A stretch of 64,000 nt of DNA from Octopus vulgaris (lineage: Eukaryota). A program made the position numbers and the translations under genes. The notes under the pieces were generated by a model, which did no database searches, had not been told where the DNA came from, and was given only the letters and a program-made list of their open reading frames with translations. This document shows, one piece after another, positions 23,654 through 37,331 of the stretch (the first letter of the stretch is position 1; every line of letters starts with the position of its first letter). The DNA is taken from the NCBI GenBank assembly GCA_951406725.2, contig OX597829.1, positions 32,922,001 to 32,986,000 of the forward strand. The letters run 5' to 3'.

Positions 23654-26200
23654 ATGATGGATAAAATAACAATGGATGTTTCACTAAAGGACATACCTAT
23701 ACTCAGTAGGAAGGATTATATACGGAATCTCGTGGAGAAAACGAGCTAATTTGTGTGCAGAATAGAGTGGAAAGCTTTCTTTTTCGACAAGGAGCTTAAA
23801 CATAACGACAAACCTTAACATGGTCACCTACTAAGAAAAATATTCAAATCTAGAAGGAACCCAATGACAAACCAACACCTAACCAGATTTGAAAAAGAAT
23901 TATATAGTATTGTCAAGAACGTGAAGTTCAGGATGTACCCTAGGTGTAATATACATCAAAACAGAAAATCAGAAAATTACTTGTCGACTTCAAGAAAGCT
24001 CCAGGGATACTTGTACCAGTGGACAAAACAAGTAATGTTTCCATTGTTGATATTGATCTATATAAGTCTATGATTAGGAAGGAATTACGCAGCAAATATA
24101 GACATGCTAGTAATGATGTATTAAAAAGAATCAGCACTACAGGGCTATAAATCATCAAAGATCTAGCCATTGATGATAGAACAGAACCCTACATCCCCTG
24201 AAAACCCTGGATTTTGCTTAAGAACTATAAACCTAACTTTCTTATCGACCCCTCAGATTGATTTGTCCTAAATCCAATATAGGCATTATTAGTAAAAATA
24301 TCATTGACAGGGAAATACCTGTACTTAATTAGATTAGCCCTCTGGTCTGATACCCAAGAGGTGGTTGGATGGTTCTAGCTTCTAGAAATTAATATGACTA
24401 GTAAATTCTTGCAACTTGATATAGAGAGCTACTATGCCACTACTAACCTGATCGTTCTTAATCAAGCCCTGATTTTTAGCATGAAAAATTCTGATTTGTC
24501 CCAACACGAAATAGATATTTTTCTTGCCGCACGAGCCACTCTAGTAGATTTTAATGGTACATTATGGAGTCGATTAGACAAGAAAAATGCACTTGATATA
24601 GCAAAGGGCTCACATGATTCTGCTCAGGCCAGTGACCTAGTCAGAATATATATCCTTTCTTCCTTTCCTGAAGTAACAGGAGGTCTATATAGGGATGATG
24701 CCTTATTTTTTCTAGACAGAAGTAGTAAAGTACAGTTAGAAAGGCATAGAAAATATTTCTTTAGACTTTACAAAAATTTAGGATTAAATATTACTATAGG
24801 TAAGGATTACCATAGAGTGAATTTTCTTGACGCTATCTTCTGTCTTGATACTGGATTATTTGAACCATTTTATAAGCCGAATGATCATATTAAGTACATT
24901 AATGTAGCATCCAACCCTCCACCCTCAATTATACAGGGACTAGTTAAGAATATTTCTACTAAAATTTCTAGATTATATGCTACCAGTAAAATTTTCAAAT
25001 CTCATGCATCTTATTATAATGACACTGTAGCTAAGGCTTGGTACTATGATAGAATTCAATATTTACAAGATGCAGGTTTAAGCAACACTGGTAATTCCTA
25101 CAACTGCGATGCATATTGTATACCACCACAACGTTACCGTTTCAGAAATCACTCAGATAAAGAATACAGGCCAGAAAGAATTGATCGTGTCAATGATCTA
25201 CCAAAGAAAACTTAGACACATGCGACATAATAATTCATCTCCTTGTTCCAATCCTGTACAATATACTAGATCAAATAAACCTAACAGATATAGGAATCAG
25301 GATGTCCTCTGGTTCAACCCAATTTTCTGTTTGCATGTTTCAACCAGGATTGCTGGAAAATTTTTGCTGCTTTGGACATGCGTTTTCCTAAATCCAATCG
25401 GTATCATGCTATTTTTAATCGACACACTGTGAAGGTATCCTACACTAACTCTGCTAATTTGGAGCAGCTTATGCATCGCATAAACAATAGCAAAATGCAG
25501 CAATGGTTCAATAACCCACCCGCTAGCGTGCACACAAGGAGAGGGTCCTATGTTTACATTGGGCAGAAAGCTGATTAATTTAAGAATCCTTATCGTAATC
25601 ATGTTGCCAGCATTAGATCAATCAATAAGAGACATTTGACATCTTTGGCAGATTTTATATGGCGACTGAAGGAGGCTAATACAAAATACTACATTACTTG
25701 GTCCATAGTTAGACATGCAAAACCATAGTGTAAATTCCAGGAGATACTGTCTCCTTTCCGAGGATTCCACAGAATCCCTGTCCACAGAATTTCTGAACGC
25801 CTATCGAGAAGCCGACAGGCATATAAATGTATTTTCACACAATGCAGTAAGAATGAATTTTGAGTAACTGATAACTTAGTGTAATTTTACTTTAAGGTAT
25901 GGATGACTTAAGTTTACTTTTAACTGCGCCGTTCTTCTAAACACTTACTAAATAACTCGCTTTGTAATAATGTGTCCACCCAACCTCGCATGTGCGTCAG
26001 GTCACTTTTTTGCTAATGCTTGTATGAGCATGTGTACTCGTGCCATGCAGTTTGTGCAAGGGTGTTTATCCATCCATATCTGTTAAAGGTTATTTTCAAT
26101 ACTTTTCTCACTGGATAAAGGGTTCGTTTCTCTTTTTGTCTTCTACAATTTTATTTTTGGATCTTCTATATATATGAAGGATTTTCCTCTATCTGGCTGT
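23654..26200 (+). pseudogene. Degraded Penelope-like retroelement (RT and GIY-YIG)
   Basis: SLKDIPI..WKAFFF N-terminus; LDIESYY, GLYRDD, VNFLD, WFNPIF, YVYIGQ; ORF pieces 23864-25578. Confidence 0.85.
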
Positions 26201-26402
26201 TTTTCTTTCTACAAAAAGTTGCATTGTAGAACAATCATTTTAACAAGTTTTTTTTTATTTGTCATCCGACGAGATATGTCTGCACCACTGGATACTCCTG
26301 AACCAGTTGTTGAGTGTCTCACAATTGTTGTGATTAATAATATATTCTCATATATTCTATCATCTGTCTTTCACTTGTTAATACATATATATATATATAT
26401 GT

Positions 26403-26609
26403 TAAACCTCGCTAAGATAAATATTTCAATTACCTGAAGATTGACTGTAACCATAACTTGAATTATTACGAATTGGACAGCCATGAAACGATCGTAGTGT
26501 TTTACTCATTATCTTTTATTAAACTTTTAATACTTTTGATATATATTTAAAATAATATAAGTTAATTAATTTTATGTATTGGCTTATGTTTTTCATTGTT
26601 TGATTTGCC

Positions 26610-26612
<3 letters not shown>
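26403..26612 (+). mobile_element. ~210-bp hammerhead-containing unit (solo pseudo-LTR or retrozyme-like) between TA repeats
   Basis: Homologous to 3162-3355; CTGAAGA at 26434, GAAAcgatcgTA at 26485-26496. Confidence 0.75.
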
Positions 26613-26661
<49 letters not shown>

Positions 26662-27004
26662 ATAATAGTGAGCAAACCTTCGATGCAGGTCTCCAAGGCA
26701 ACCTTCTCCAATGCATATCTTCAATGCAGTCTTGACCAATAGTACCCCTAGGAGGGGTTAGGACTAGATTGGGATTAGTCGCTGCCTCTTAGATGCTCCT
26801 CAGCCCCCTTTTGCTAGGTTAGCTTAGGCTTAGGTTAAGGCTTAGTTGTGATCCGAACATAACTCCTTCTGACACAGAGGATCGGGAGCCCTTTTGGGCG
26901 TTCTATTTTCTTTGCCAGAAGGGCTTCCAACCCATGGGCCAAGGGGGGTTATCACCCGACGAGATATGTCTGCACCACTGGATACTCCTGAACCAGTTGT
27001 TGAG

Positions 27005-29405
27005 TGTCCCACATTCATTGTGGTTAAAGTACAGACATGACCTATCAGAAGACTTCTATTACCAGGCCCAACTGCATCATACCTGCTTGTCTGCTGAAAA
27101 TGAATTCATTTACAACTGTGCTTTCCTTAACATAGAGAACAAGACTGTTTCTGTGGGAGGTAATACCTTACCTACATATGGGCTGCCACAATCATTGCAC
27201 CATGGGACACCTTCAATACCAACAGAGTTAATATGTGAAACGTCTTATGACACTGAAGCCCTTAATCAATACATCCAGCAAAATGAGCCCAAACTTCTGC
27301 CTGAGCAACAGTGAGCTTACAGTACCATCTTTGACCACATGCAGAAACGAAAAGGGGGTATTTTTTCTTGATGCACCTGGAGGGACTGGAAAAACGTTCG
27401 TTATTCAGCTTCTCCTTGTAAAAGTAAGGCACCGAAATGACGTAGCCGTAGCTGTGGCCTCCTCTGGCATTGCAGCAACTTTACTGCCCGGTGGCAGGAC
27501 AGTGCACTCAACCTTTAAGCTACTTTAACATCACCAAAACGTGTGAAAACGGCTTGCTTCTCCGGAGTTACCAGCTGATAATTTGGAATGAATGCACAAT
27601 GGCCCACAAGCGATCCCTTGAAGCTCTCAACACCACTCTTGAAGACATCAGAGACTGTCCCGCTATGATGGGTGGTATAACTCTTCTCCTGTCTGGCAAT
27701 TTCCCAAAGGAACCAGGGAAGATGTAATCAGGGCCTGCCTAAAGTCCTCACCCCTGTAGCAAATGTTACAACATTATCTCTCAAAACAAACATGAGAGCA
27801 CAGCTTCGTGGTGACCAGATGGCATCAGATTTTGCATATGACATATTGTCAATCGGACAGAAAACAGAAAACTGTCACTAACTCACCTCTGATGTATTAT
27901 CAGTAATTCCAATGAACTAGAGGCACATGTCTTCCCAAATCTACAAAGGAACTACCTTGACATGAATTGGATTTCAGAAAGAGCCATTTTGGCTCCAAAA
28001 AACAACACAGTGGCCACTCTCAATGCTAAGCTGCTGCTTTTGCTTCCGAGAAGGCTGCACATGTATGGGTCAATCAATTCTGTACCCGACAATGACCAGG
28101 CAGTGAGCTATCCAGTGGAGTTTCTTAATTCCCTTGACTCACATGGCCTGCCTCCTCATACACTGGAAGTAAAAGTCGGAGCTCCTGTCATGCTGCTGAG
28201 GAATTTAGACCTTCCAAAGCTTTGCAATGGGACACACTTGGTTATTAAGAAGGCTATGCAGTTTGACCCTATGGACCCAATCAGCCGAAAGTCTGGCTTT
28301 TCCAGATTTTTTGAGGATGGCCGGGTCTAGGTATCTGGTGATGCTCGAGGGATGCCCACCCCCAAGTGTCACCTGTGCCTAGAAACCAGCCACATCAAGA
28401 AAAACTGCCCCAATGACCAAAATAGGGTCCTGGAGCAGTTAATAGAGGCATCACTCCCTGCTCCCTCATTGGAGGGAGAGGAGGAGGAGGATGTCGAGGA
28501 GGTGGAAACCTCCTCAAAAAAACGAAAGTGAAAGGTGGGCAACAATGGTTGCCCACCAAAAGACCCGAGGGCTGCGGGAGGAAGGGAGAACCTGCTGGAC
28601 ACAGCAAAGAAACACCACCCTCCCACGGCCCAAGGGAAAAAGAAAAAAGAAAAACAGGAGATTGCCAGCAGTTTGTGACATGCTGCCAGCATATCCCGAT
28701 GCTTCTTCAGTGGATGAGCCGCTGCAGGAGGAATTTGTTGTCCTCTTCCATAAGGGAGGGACATTGCAAAATGCTATTAGTAAAATTGAAAGGAAGGGCC
28801 GGTGGGGCTTCTGTCCCGCATAGAGGACCCTGAGTGGCCTTTGCAGGTGGCTGCGGAGGTCATATGAGATAACGATTTGTGCAGGATAATGAATTCCTTC
28901 CCAGCGGACTCTTTTAGATATATGGCCAAGGCTTGGAACCGACTAGATGCTTCAATGAAGCAAGGAGCCTGGCCGGACAGAAAAATTGAAATGTGGGACA
29001 ATTGTGTAAGAAGTGTATTACCTCAAAATATTTTGTTGAATATATAAAGTAAGATGATTATTGCCTCATGTGTGCTCCTGTACCTACTGAACTGTGAAAG
29101 AGGTTTATTGCCTCATTTTGTGATTCTAAAAAAGAACAATGTTTTAGAGAAGCGAAAGTCGGCGGGCGCTTTACATCTTCTCCCATTCTCATCATCCTTG
29201 TATCATTATCATTCATTCCATTAATGTCTGTGTCCAGCTCGCAAACTTCTTTGTGCGCTACCCTTGTGGCAAATTTAATAAAATAAAGAAGGCTATGCAG
29301 TACGTTCATGAAGTCACCATTTTGTCTGGCTGTGGCAAAGGAGAGGACATTTTCATCCCCAGAATCCCCCTCATTCTATCTGGTGCAGATGTTCCCTTTG
29401 CATTT
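27005..29405 (+). pseudogene. Helitron PIF1-type helicase remnant, interrupted at 28263-29285
   Basis: FFLDAPGGTGKTF, VASSGIAATLLPGGRT, WISERAILAPKN, VMLLRNLDLPKLCNGT; resumes after the TSD with TILSGCGKGEDIFIPRIP. Confidence 0.85.
28263..29285 (+). mobile_element. 5'-truncated ORF1-only retroposon, unit G, with 16-bp TSD
   Basis: aagaaggctatgcagt at 28247-28262 and 29286-29301; starts mid-ORF; conserved 3' end and A-rich tail. Confidence 0.9.
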
Positions 29406-29409
29406 TACC

Positions 29410-29886
29410 TGTAGCATGTAGCCATTCAAATATTGGCACCAACTTCTGGCAGCCGGCAATATGACATAATGTTGTACTGCTGAGGAAATATGATTATCGT
29501 TTTCCCATTGGTTGAAATAACTGCTCATATAGGAATTCTGAAAATTAGTAAAAGAATATTTTTATAAGATTTCTATTCTTTAAAGTCAAGATGAGTAGTT
29601 ATAAAAACCCTGGATTTTGGGGAAAACTTTAGCATTTGTGGGATGTTACTAAACTCCATGACACTCACTCTTTGAGATATTGGCTAATTTTCGTGCCATG
29701 TCTATGATAAAAATCCAACAAGACTTATTTGAATTGTTGTGAACTCTAGTAGTTAGTATGAAGGATTAGCTAATGTGAATTTTAAGTCGTAATTCTCTAC
29801 GACAAAATGACTTTACTTTCCAATTGTACTATAAATGCTAAATGTACATAAGGAAACTAATGTAGTAATTATTTTCTCTTTCTACA
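29410..29886 (+). repeat. ~475-bp dispersed repeat with TG...CA ends (solo-LTR-like)
   Basis: Near-full copy at 53148-53626; partial copies at 41755-42035 and 44905-45135. Confidence 0.65.
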
Positions 29887-29999
29887 TGTTCTTCAACTTG
29901 TTAATGAAATTTATTTCTGTAATTATGAAACTGTACTTTTTTTATAGCGGTTAAACGAACACAAATTTATTTATCTTCAACATACATGCATACATAAGA

Positions 30000-30306
30000 T
30001 GTCAGTTAGCGTTTCAGAGTATGTTTCTCGCTATGGCATTTATGTAGCTGCAGTCAGGATTTATGTATAATGTTAACACTTATAAGTAAGTTATAAGTGA
30101 CATGTTTATCAATATATATTCCTACTTCAAAAGTAAAATATATTTATTAACTATTTCCAAACAGGAAACATATAAAAGTAGTGTTACACAAACAGTAACC
30201 AAACGAGCTTTCAATGACAAGATAGAAAAACTTTATAAGACAGCAACATCTAGAGTTCAAATTATAGTAGTAGAAATATTTATGGTACAGCTAACATGGT
30301 AATAAC
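30000..30306 (+). repeat. LTR-like repeat related to the Gypsy LTR at 49900-50165
   Basis: Shared tgtataatg.taacactta..agttataagtgac segment; begins tgt, ends taaca. Confidence 0.5.
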
Positions 30307-30419
30307 ATCGGTAAATGGAGTCGGGACTGCCTTATATCCAAATAAATATGATAAATACTCAATCAGAGAAAAATCAAAATGCTCTTTGATGAATCTTTGT
30401 ATGAGTACAAATCTTGTAT

Positions 30420-31070
30420 ATAAATGCACCAAGCACACATTGGGCAGATGGCTAATTCATTTAAGAATCGCTATCGTAACCACATCACCAGCTTTAAGAC
30501 AATCAATAAGAGACATTCAACATCTTTGGCCAATTTTGTATGGCAGCTGAAGGAGGATAAAATGAAGTACAGCATAACTTGGTCCGTAGTAAGGCATGCG
30601 AAACCATACAATATAATTTCCAGGAGATGCCATCTCTGCTACAAGGAATCCTTGTCTATTCTGTGGACTAATGAGAAGATCATTATTAGTATTTCTGAAA
30701 GATTCTCAAGATGCCTACATGCATATAAATGTACTTTCACACAATGCACTGGGAATGAATTTTAAGTAACTGTTAACATAATTTAATTTAAGGTATGGAT
30801 GACTTAAGTTTACTGTTAACCTCCCCATTCTTACAAACACCAAGTAAATAACTCGCTTTGTGATCATGAGTGTACACAGCCTCACATGTGCGTATGCTCA
30901 CATTTTCACGGGTGCTTGTATGGGCGAGTGTATTTGTGCCATGCAGCTTGCCTGAGTGCATTCGTACATCCATATTTGTTAATGGTTATTTTTAATACTT
31001 CATTTCTTTTTTTCCATGTGATTTTATTTCTGATCTTCTATATAAATGAAGATATTTCCTCTGTCTGATT
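30420..31070 (+). pseudogene. Penelope-like GIY-YIG and 3' fragment, same family as 25550-26200
   Basis: HIGQMANSFKNRYRNHITSF..CHLCYKE; clear DNA similarity to 25555-26200. Confidence 0.8.
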
Positions 31071-31075
31071 GCTTT

Positions 31076-33473
31076 TCAATATCTATAAATCTGAAATGCG
31101 AAAAGTTTGTCTCATTTTGGCATTGGAATGGGTTAAGGGGCACTAGATGGGGTCAGACTGACTCCAAAATTTACAGGACATGTAAAATGAGGTGAGGATG
31201 CGAGTGGGCTAGGTTAGAAATCCCTATCCTAAAAGGTGTGGTTAGAAGGGCAAAAAAAGCACACTTTGACAAGTCTTTCATATATGACCTTTTCTTCCTC
31301 CGTCTCTCTCTCTCTCTCTTTCCTACCTTCCTTTCACGTTCTCTCTATAACGTTGTTTGATAGCATCTGTTACTCTTTCTTCCACCACCCCTCTCACTGT
31401 ATGATTGTCGTTTCTTTGGCTAACTGCCTGTCTTCCTCTGTCTCTCTCTCTTTCCCCTTCCCTCCACTTTCTCTCTCTATAACAACGTTTGACACCTCCG
31501 CCATCTCTCTTTCATCTCCACCACCTCTCTCAATGTATTTATGTTTGTATCTATAAAGACAAAACGTGACAGCCGCAGAAGTTTAAATATTCCCACCACA
31601 GGTCTTTCAGAAAGGTGAATTATCTCCCACCACCACCACCACACAATTATAACAGATATTATTTATCAGAAGATGTTATTATTTTGCGTGGATAAAAGAT
31701 TTGCTGAGCTAAGAAACATTATACCCTTTTAAAGAATTTATTTGTATGCTTAAGCTGACCGTCGTTAACAAAAATTTGTCGGTAAATTTGAAAAATTTTC
31801 CAGTTTTGAAATATTTACTTCTTAACTATTTCATTCGTTTTCTCATTGTAAACCAAATCATCTTTAGGTTTCAAAATATTTTATTTTTCAGTCCTGTCTT
31901 TCATATATCCCCTTTTCTTCCTCGATCTCTCTCTTTTCCCCCTTCCCTTCAAATTCTTTCTATAACTATGTTTGACAGCTTCGCCGTCTCTCTTTTACTC
32001 TTTCTTCCACCACCCCTCTCACTGTATGATTGTCGTTTCTTTGGCTAACGGCCTGTCTTCCTCCGTCTCTCTCTCTTTCCTCCTTCCCTCTACTTTCTTC
32101 TCCATCGCCTCTCTCAATGTATTTATGTTTGTATCTATAAAGACGAAATGTGACAGATGCAAAAGTTTACATATTCCTACCACAGGTCTTTCAGAAAGGT
32201 GAATTATTATCTCCCACCACCACCGCACAATTATAACAGATATTATCTATCAGAAGATATGCTGTTATTTTGCGTGAATAAAAGATTTGCTGTGCTAAGA
32301 AGCATTATACCTTTTAAAGAATTTATTTGTATGCTCAAGGCGACCGTCGTTAACAATAATTTGTTGGAAACGCCTGAAATATGCAATGGAACCCAAATGG
32401 TTATAAGGAGGATTCAAAGCCATGTTATAACTGCTGAAATTTTGAGTGGACCATTCATAGGAACAATGAAGATGATACATAAAATGAGTATTTCACCCTC
32501 TGATGTTCCCATTCAGTTTAAACGCTATCAATTTCTGATAAAACTATGCTTCGCGATGACAATCAACAAGTCACAGGGACAATCACTGGACATTGTAGGC
32601 GTTAACCTGTCACAACCGGTCTTCAGTCATGGTCAATTGTACGTAGCCTGTTCTCGAGTTGGAAATCCGCATAACCTCTTCATTCTTGGCGATCATGAGC
32701 GCACAAGGAACGTAGTTTATCAGGAGGCTCTGACAAAACAAGATTGATTGTAAGTCATGAGATTTTGCTCGAGTTTTTCTTCTGCACGTCTTGATTACCT
32801 CTTCATTCTTGAAAATAAAGACATTAAAAAGAACATGGTTCATAAAGAAGATTGGTTTAAGATTTTTGCAAACATTTGATCCAACTCATTCGTCTCTTTA
32901 TTCCTCATTTTCCAATTCCTTCTACATCTCCATTGAATGGTTTTGTCAATTGTTTCTTCGCCAACATAAGACATTCATAAAGTGAATGAGTTGTTAATTA
33001 CATTTTATACACTGTTCCATTGTTTAGGTGGTGTCGAAAGGACTGGCATATAACCATATAACCATATAACCTCTGTGAGTCAAACTCTCAACTCATGTAT
33101 CCACATCGCGATACTCTTTCTACAAAACTGAGCTGGGTGTGAATTCTAATTTCAAACATTATTGCAGATGTGAGTTTACAGTCTGCCTTTTTTGGTTTAA
33201 ACTATCTTCCTGCAGGTTAAAAAACATTTTTTTTTTTAGAGTCCTCAACAATATTCGCCACTGAAATTCCATTTTTCAATTTTATGATTATACCCAGAGT
33301 GCTCTAAACGAATATGAACTGTCTTCCCATTGGAGGACGTTTGTCTTTTTTTTTTTTTTTAGAACTAAACGCATTGCCTCTTTCGTTTTAAAACAATAAA
33401 ACAATGCTACATTAATACATTGGTCCAACGACCAAAACATCACCCGTGCATAAAGCGGGTCACATTAAGCTAG
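31076..33473 (+). mobile_element. Internally deleted Helitron (5' end, internal duplication, helicase C-terminus, 3' hairpin and CTAG)
   Basis: 5' tcaatatctataaa as at 49084; 32365-33473 nearly identical to 47974-49080; acccg..cgggt hairpin then CTAG|T. Confidence 0.9.
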
Positions 33474-34540
33474 TCTTTCTATAAAATGAGAAGTTACATT
33501 GTGGAACTGGTATTTTAATGAGTTGTATCTATTTATCATCCGATAAGATACATCTGCCCCACCGGATGCTCCTGAACCACTCGTTGAATGTCCCACCCAA
33601 GAGGGATCGATGCTTGATGTGTCGAAACAATTGTCATGATTAATAAATTCTTGTATATTCCATTTTCCGTCTTTCATTTGCCAAATATGTCATACATGTA
33701 GTGACTGACAACAGAATGTTATAGTCTAGTCTTACTGCATGTCCTGACAATATATATCTAGCTTGCCTACAAAAGTGTAAGAGGGCCATTGAGGTTTGCG
33801 TGGTGATCAGGGAAGAGGACAGAGTTGTGTAAGCGACAAATATGAAGTGGGGACGGAACATTAATGTTGTCATTCAAAGATACACACACACACTTTCAAT
33901 CTCTTTCTATCTTGTGTCTCTTTTTGTCTGCCACTCTCAGTCTGTTTGCCTCTCTCTCACTCTGTCTCTCTGTAACACACGCACATACACACACACTCAC
34001 AAATCTATAAATAAATATGTGATGTTTAAACTGGAAATAACCAAAGTATTCCTTTGTTCTATTTATGAACACACGATAAAAAAGTTATCATCTTCTAAAT
34101 ACTTAGAGTCAAATCACTTTCCTTTTCAGGAAGACGTTTCAAGTCAACATTGAAGGTGAAGTACCTTATTAATTTCGTTTTTATTATTTACAAAATTATA
34201 CTCACTCATTCATCTATCTATCTCTCTGTCTATGGAAGTGCTGTCACTTCGACTCCGAAGGTAATCGTTTATTTTGACTATTTATAGCCCAATTTTTGTG
34301 TACATTTTTGTAAATAAGTTGTGTAAGGCACCCAACTTTCGTTTGAGTGCTTTTCCAAGGGAGGAATTCGCCCCTAGGGGCAGTTTCAACCCTATTTAAT
34401 TTTTGTAATTTCTTTCTAGACATTTTCAAAATGTCTAGAAATTGTATTGTAGAACGATGGTCACGTTCCTTTATCGACCAGCTTAGTATCTTTAAACTAA
34501 AGGTGAACTCCCTTACAGAATTTATTGAAAAATATTCAAC

Positions 34541-34578
34541 AGGCTCAGGAGTGCCTGTGTGGTAAGAAGCTTGCTTCC
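34541..34578 (+). mobile_element. 5' head of a second tRNA-derived SINE copy, split by insertions
   Basis: aggctcaggagtgcctgtgtggtaagaagcttgctt; body resumes at 37332. Confidence 0.85.
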
Positions 34579-36348
34579 GGTTCTGGTTGTTAGTTGTTCT
34601 TCACTCGCCTGTTGAAGTCGCCACGCTGGTGTGCAGCTGGCGAAAATTGAAGTGAAGTCGTCACGCTGGTGTGCAGCTGGCGAAAACTGAAAGACGCTCT
34701 ACTGTAAGGTAAGACTTTTTGCTCCGTGAGTCCAGTAGGATTTGTTGCTTGTAGGTTTATTTTTTTGTACTAGCAAGAAGTCCTTATGGATTCGGAGCTT
34801 TTTGTCTGCCTTGCGGTGGAGATATGTATTTTCTCACATAATTGTGAGAAATTATTTTTGAAAATGTTTGTGCCCATGTGGATTACAAGGATAGGCCAGA
34901 AGTACCTTTTCGGCCAAAAATTAATTTCTTTGCCAGGATTTGAACTCTCTTTCCACACTATCATTTATTTTAAAAAAAAGAACTTTATTTGAACTGTTAT
35001 ATTTTATTTCTTCCCTTCTGTTGTGTCTTTCCTTCTTTTTTTGTGTCTTTCTTTATTTTACACTTTGAACTGTATTTGAACATTTTTAAATGGCAAAGGA
35101 ATTACTTGTGTGGGATTTAACACCTCCCAAAAAATGGATGAAAGAGCTCGAAAGGAAGACGGTGGTGTTGAGGACTTATTCTAAGTCACTCGACACCATA
35201 ACTGTCTTCCCGAAGGCCACAATTTTGAAGGAGCTGGCAGAGTACATGCCAGCCATTAAATTCATTTCACAGGGAGTCAAGTATGCAACGGTCTGGTTAC
35301 TATTTGACTCCCCCAAGAAGCTTGCGATTTTGCAAGCCGGCCCCCTGAGGGCAAGGAAATCATGTTCCTTCCCAGCTATTGTGGAAAGAAGTTATTGAAG
35401 GCTTGGGTCTGCGGTTTGCCACCCGGAATTGAGCCTGAGTGGATAGAGGATTCTATCCACTGGGGTCTGGGTAGTAGCAGTACCAAGCTGCTTAATGTGA
35501 AAATTTTGTCTGCGGCTGATTGGGAGGGGTCAAAAGCTGTTTTGACCCTATGGACCCAAACAGCTGAAAGTCTGGTCTTTCCAGATTTTTTGAGGATGGT
35601 CGGGTCTAGGTACCCAGTGATGCTTAAGGGACTCCCCCACCAAGTGTCATCTGTGTCTGGAGAGCAGTCACATTAAGAAAAACTGCCCCAAGGACCAAAA
35701 TAGGATCCTGGAGCAGTTAATAGTGGAATCTCTCCCTGCTCCCTCAATGGAGGGAGAGAAGGAGGAGGATGATGAGGAGGTTTCCACATCCTCAAAAAAA
35801 CAAAAGAGGTGGGCAACAATGGTTGCCCACCGAAGGACCTGAGGGCTGCAGGAGAAAAGGAGGACCTGCTGCACGCATCACAGGAACCCCACCCTCCCGC
35901 GGCCCAAGGGAAAAAGAAAAGAAAGAAGAAAAACGGGACATTGCCGGCGGGTTGTGACACGCTGCCAGCATGTCCCAATTCTCCTCCGGCGGGTGTGCCG
36001 CTGGAGGATGAATTTGTGGTCCTCTTCCACAAAGGAGGAACTGTACAAAATGAAATTAAGAAAATGGAAAGGAGGGACCGGTGGGAGGGGCTTCTGTCCT
36101 GCACGGAGGACCCTGAGTGGGCTTTGCAGGTAGCTGCGGAGGTCCTATGGGATAGTGATCTGTGCAGGATCATGAAATCCTTCCCAGAGAACTCCTATAG
36201 ATTTGTGTCTGTGTGGCCCGGCCTGGAACCAGGTAGATGCTTCAGTGTAGCAAGGAGCCTGGTTGGCCGGAAAACTCGTATCATTCATCCCATTAATGTC
36301 CGCAAGCTTCTATCTGTGTGATGCCCTTGTGGCAAATTGAATGAAATA
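34579..36348 (+). mobile_element. ORF1-only retroposon, unit E (second subfamily; 3' UTR partly deleted)
   Basis: ORF from 35090 (MAKELLVWDLTPPKK), frameshifted; CHLCLESSHIKKNC at ~35645; ends cccttgtggcaaatt..aaataa then target copy at 36349-36362. Confidence 0.85.
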
Positions 36349-36362
36349 AAGAAGCTTGCTTC

Positions 36363-37331
36363 TGGTTCCGGTTGTTAGTCGTTCTTCACTTGACTGCTGA
36401 AGTCGTCACGCTGGTGTGCAGTGGAAGAAAATTGAATTTGTAAGACACTCTACCGTAAGGTAAGACTTTTTGCTCTTTGAGTCCAGTAGGATTTGTTGCC
36501 TGTAGGTTTTATGTTTTGTACAAGCAAGGAGTCCTTACTGGAAAAAACAAAAACAAAAGGTGGGCAACAATGGTTGCCCACCAAAGGACCTGAGGGCTGC
36601 AGGAGGAAGGGAAAACCTGCTGGACGCAGCAAAGGAACACCACCCTCCTGCAGTCCAAGGGGAAAAGAAAAGAAAAAAGAAAAATGGGACATTGCCGGCA
36701 GTTTGTGACACGCTGCTGGCATGTCCCAATGCTTCTTTGGCAGATGAGCCGCTGGAGGAGGAATTTGTTGTCCTCTTCCATAAGTGATGGACATTACAAA
36801 ATGTGATTAGAAAAATTGAAAGGAAGGGCCGGTGGGAGGGGTTTCTGTCCCGCATGGAGGACCCTGAGTGGCCTTCGCAGGTGGCTGCGGAGGTCATATG
36901 GGATAACGATCTGTGCAGGATAATGAATTCCTTCCCAGTGGACTCCTTTAGATATATGGCCAAGTGGTCTGGCTTGGAACCGACTAGATGCTTCAATGAA
37001 GCGAGGAACCTGGCCGGACAGAAAAATTGAAATGTGGGACAATGGTATAAGCGGTGTATTACCTCAAAAAGACTCTGTAAAATGTAAAAAGTTAGAGGAT
37101 TATTGCCTTGTGTGTGGTTTTCATTCTGAACTATGTAAGAGGTTTATCACCTCATTGTGTGTTTAAAAAAGAAAAAAGAACAATGTTTTAGAGAAGCGAA
37201 AGTTGGCAGGCGCTTTTCATCTTCTCCCATCCTTATCATCCTTGTATCATTATCATTCATCCCATTAATGTCTGTGTCCAGCCCACAAGCTTCTCTCTGT
37301 GTGCTGCCCTTGTGGAAAATTTAATAAAATA
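36363..37331 (+). mobile_element. ORF1-only retroposon, unit F (internally deleted near 36540)
   Basis: 5' end like unit E, 3' half close to unit G; followed by target copy at 37332-37344. Confidence 0.85.

Noticed and set aside
32157-32747. 196-aa ORF as a standalone helicase gene
   Set aside because: Chance fusion of Helitron 5' non-coding sequence to the helicase C-terminus at a deletion junction
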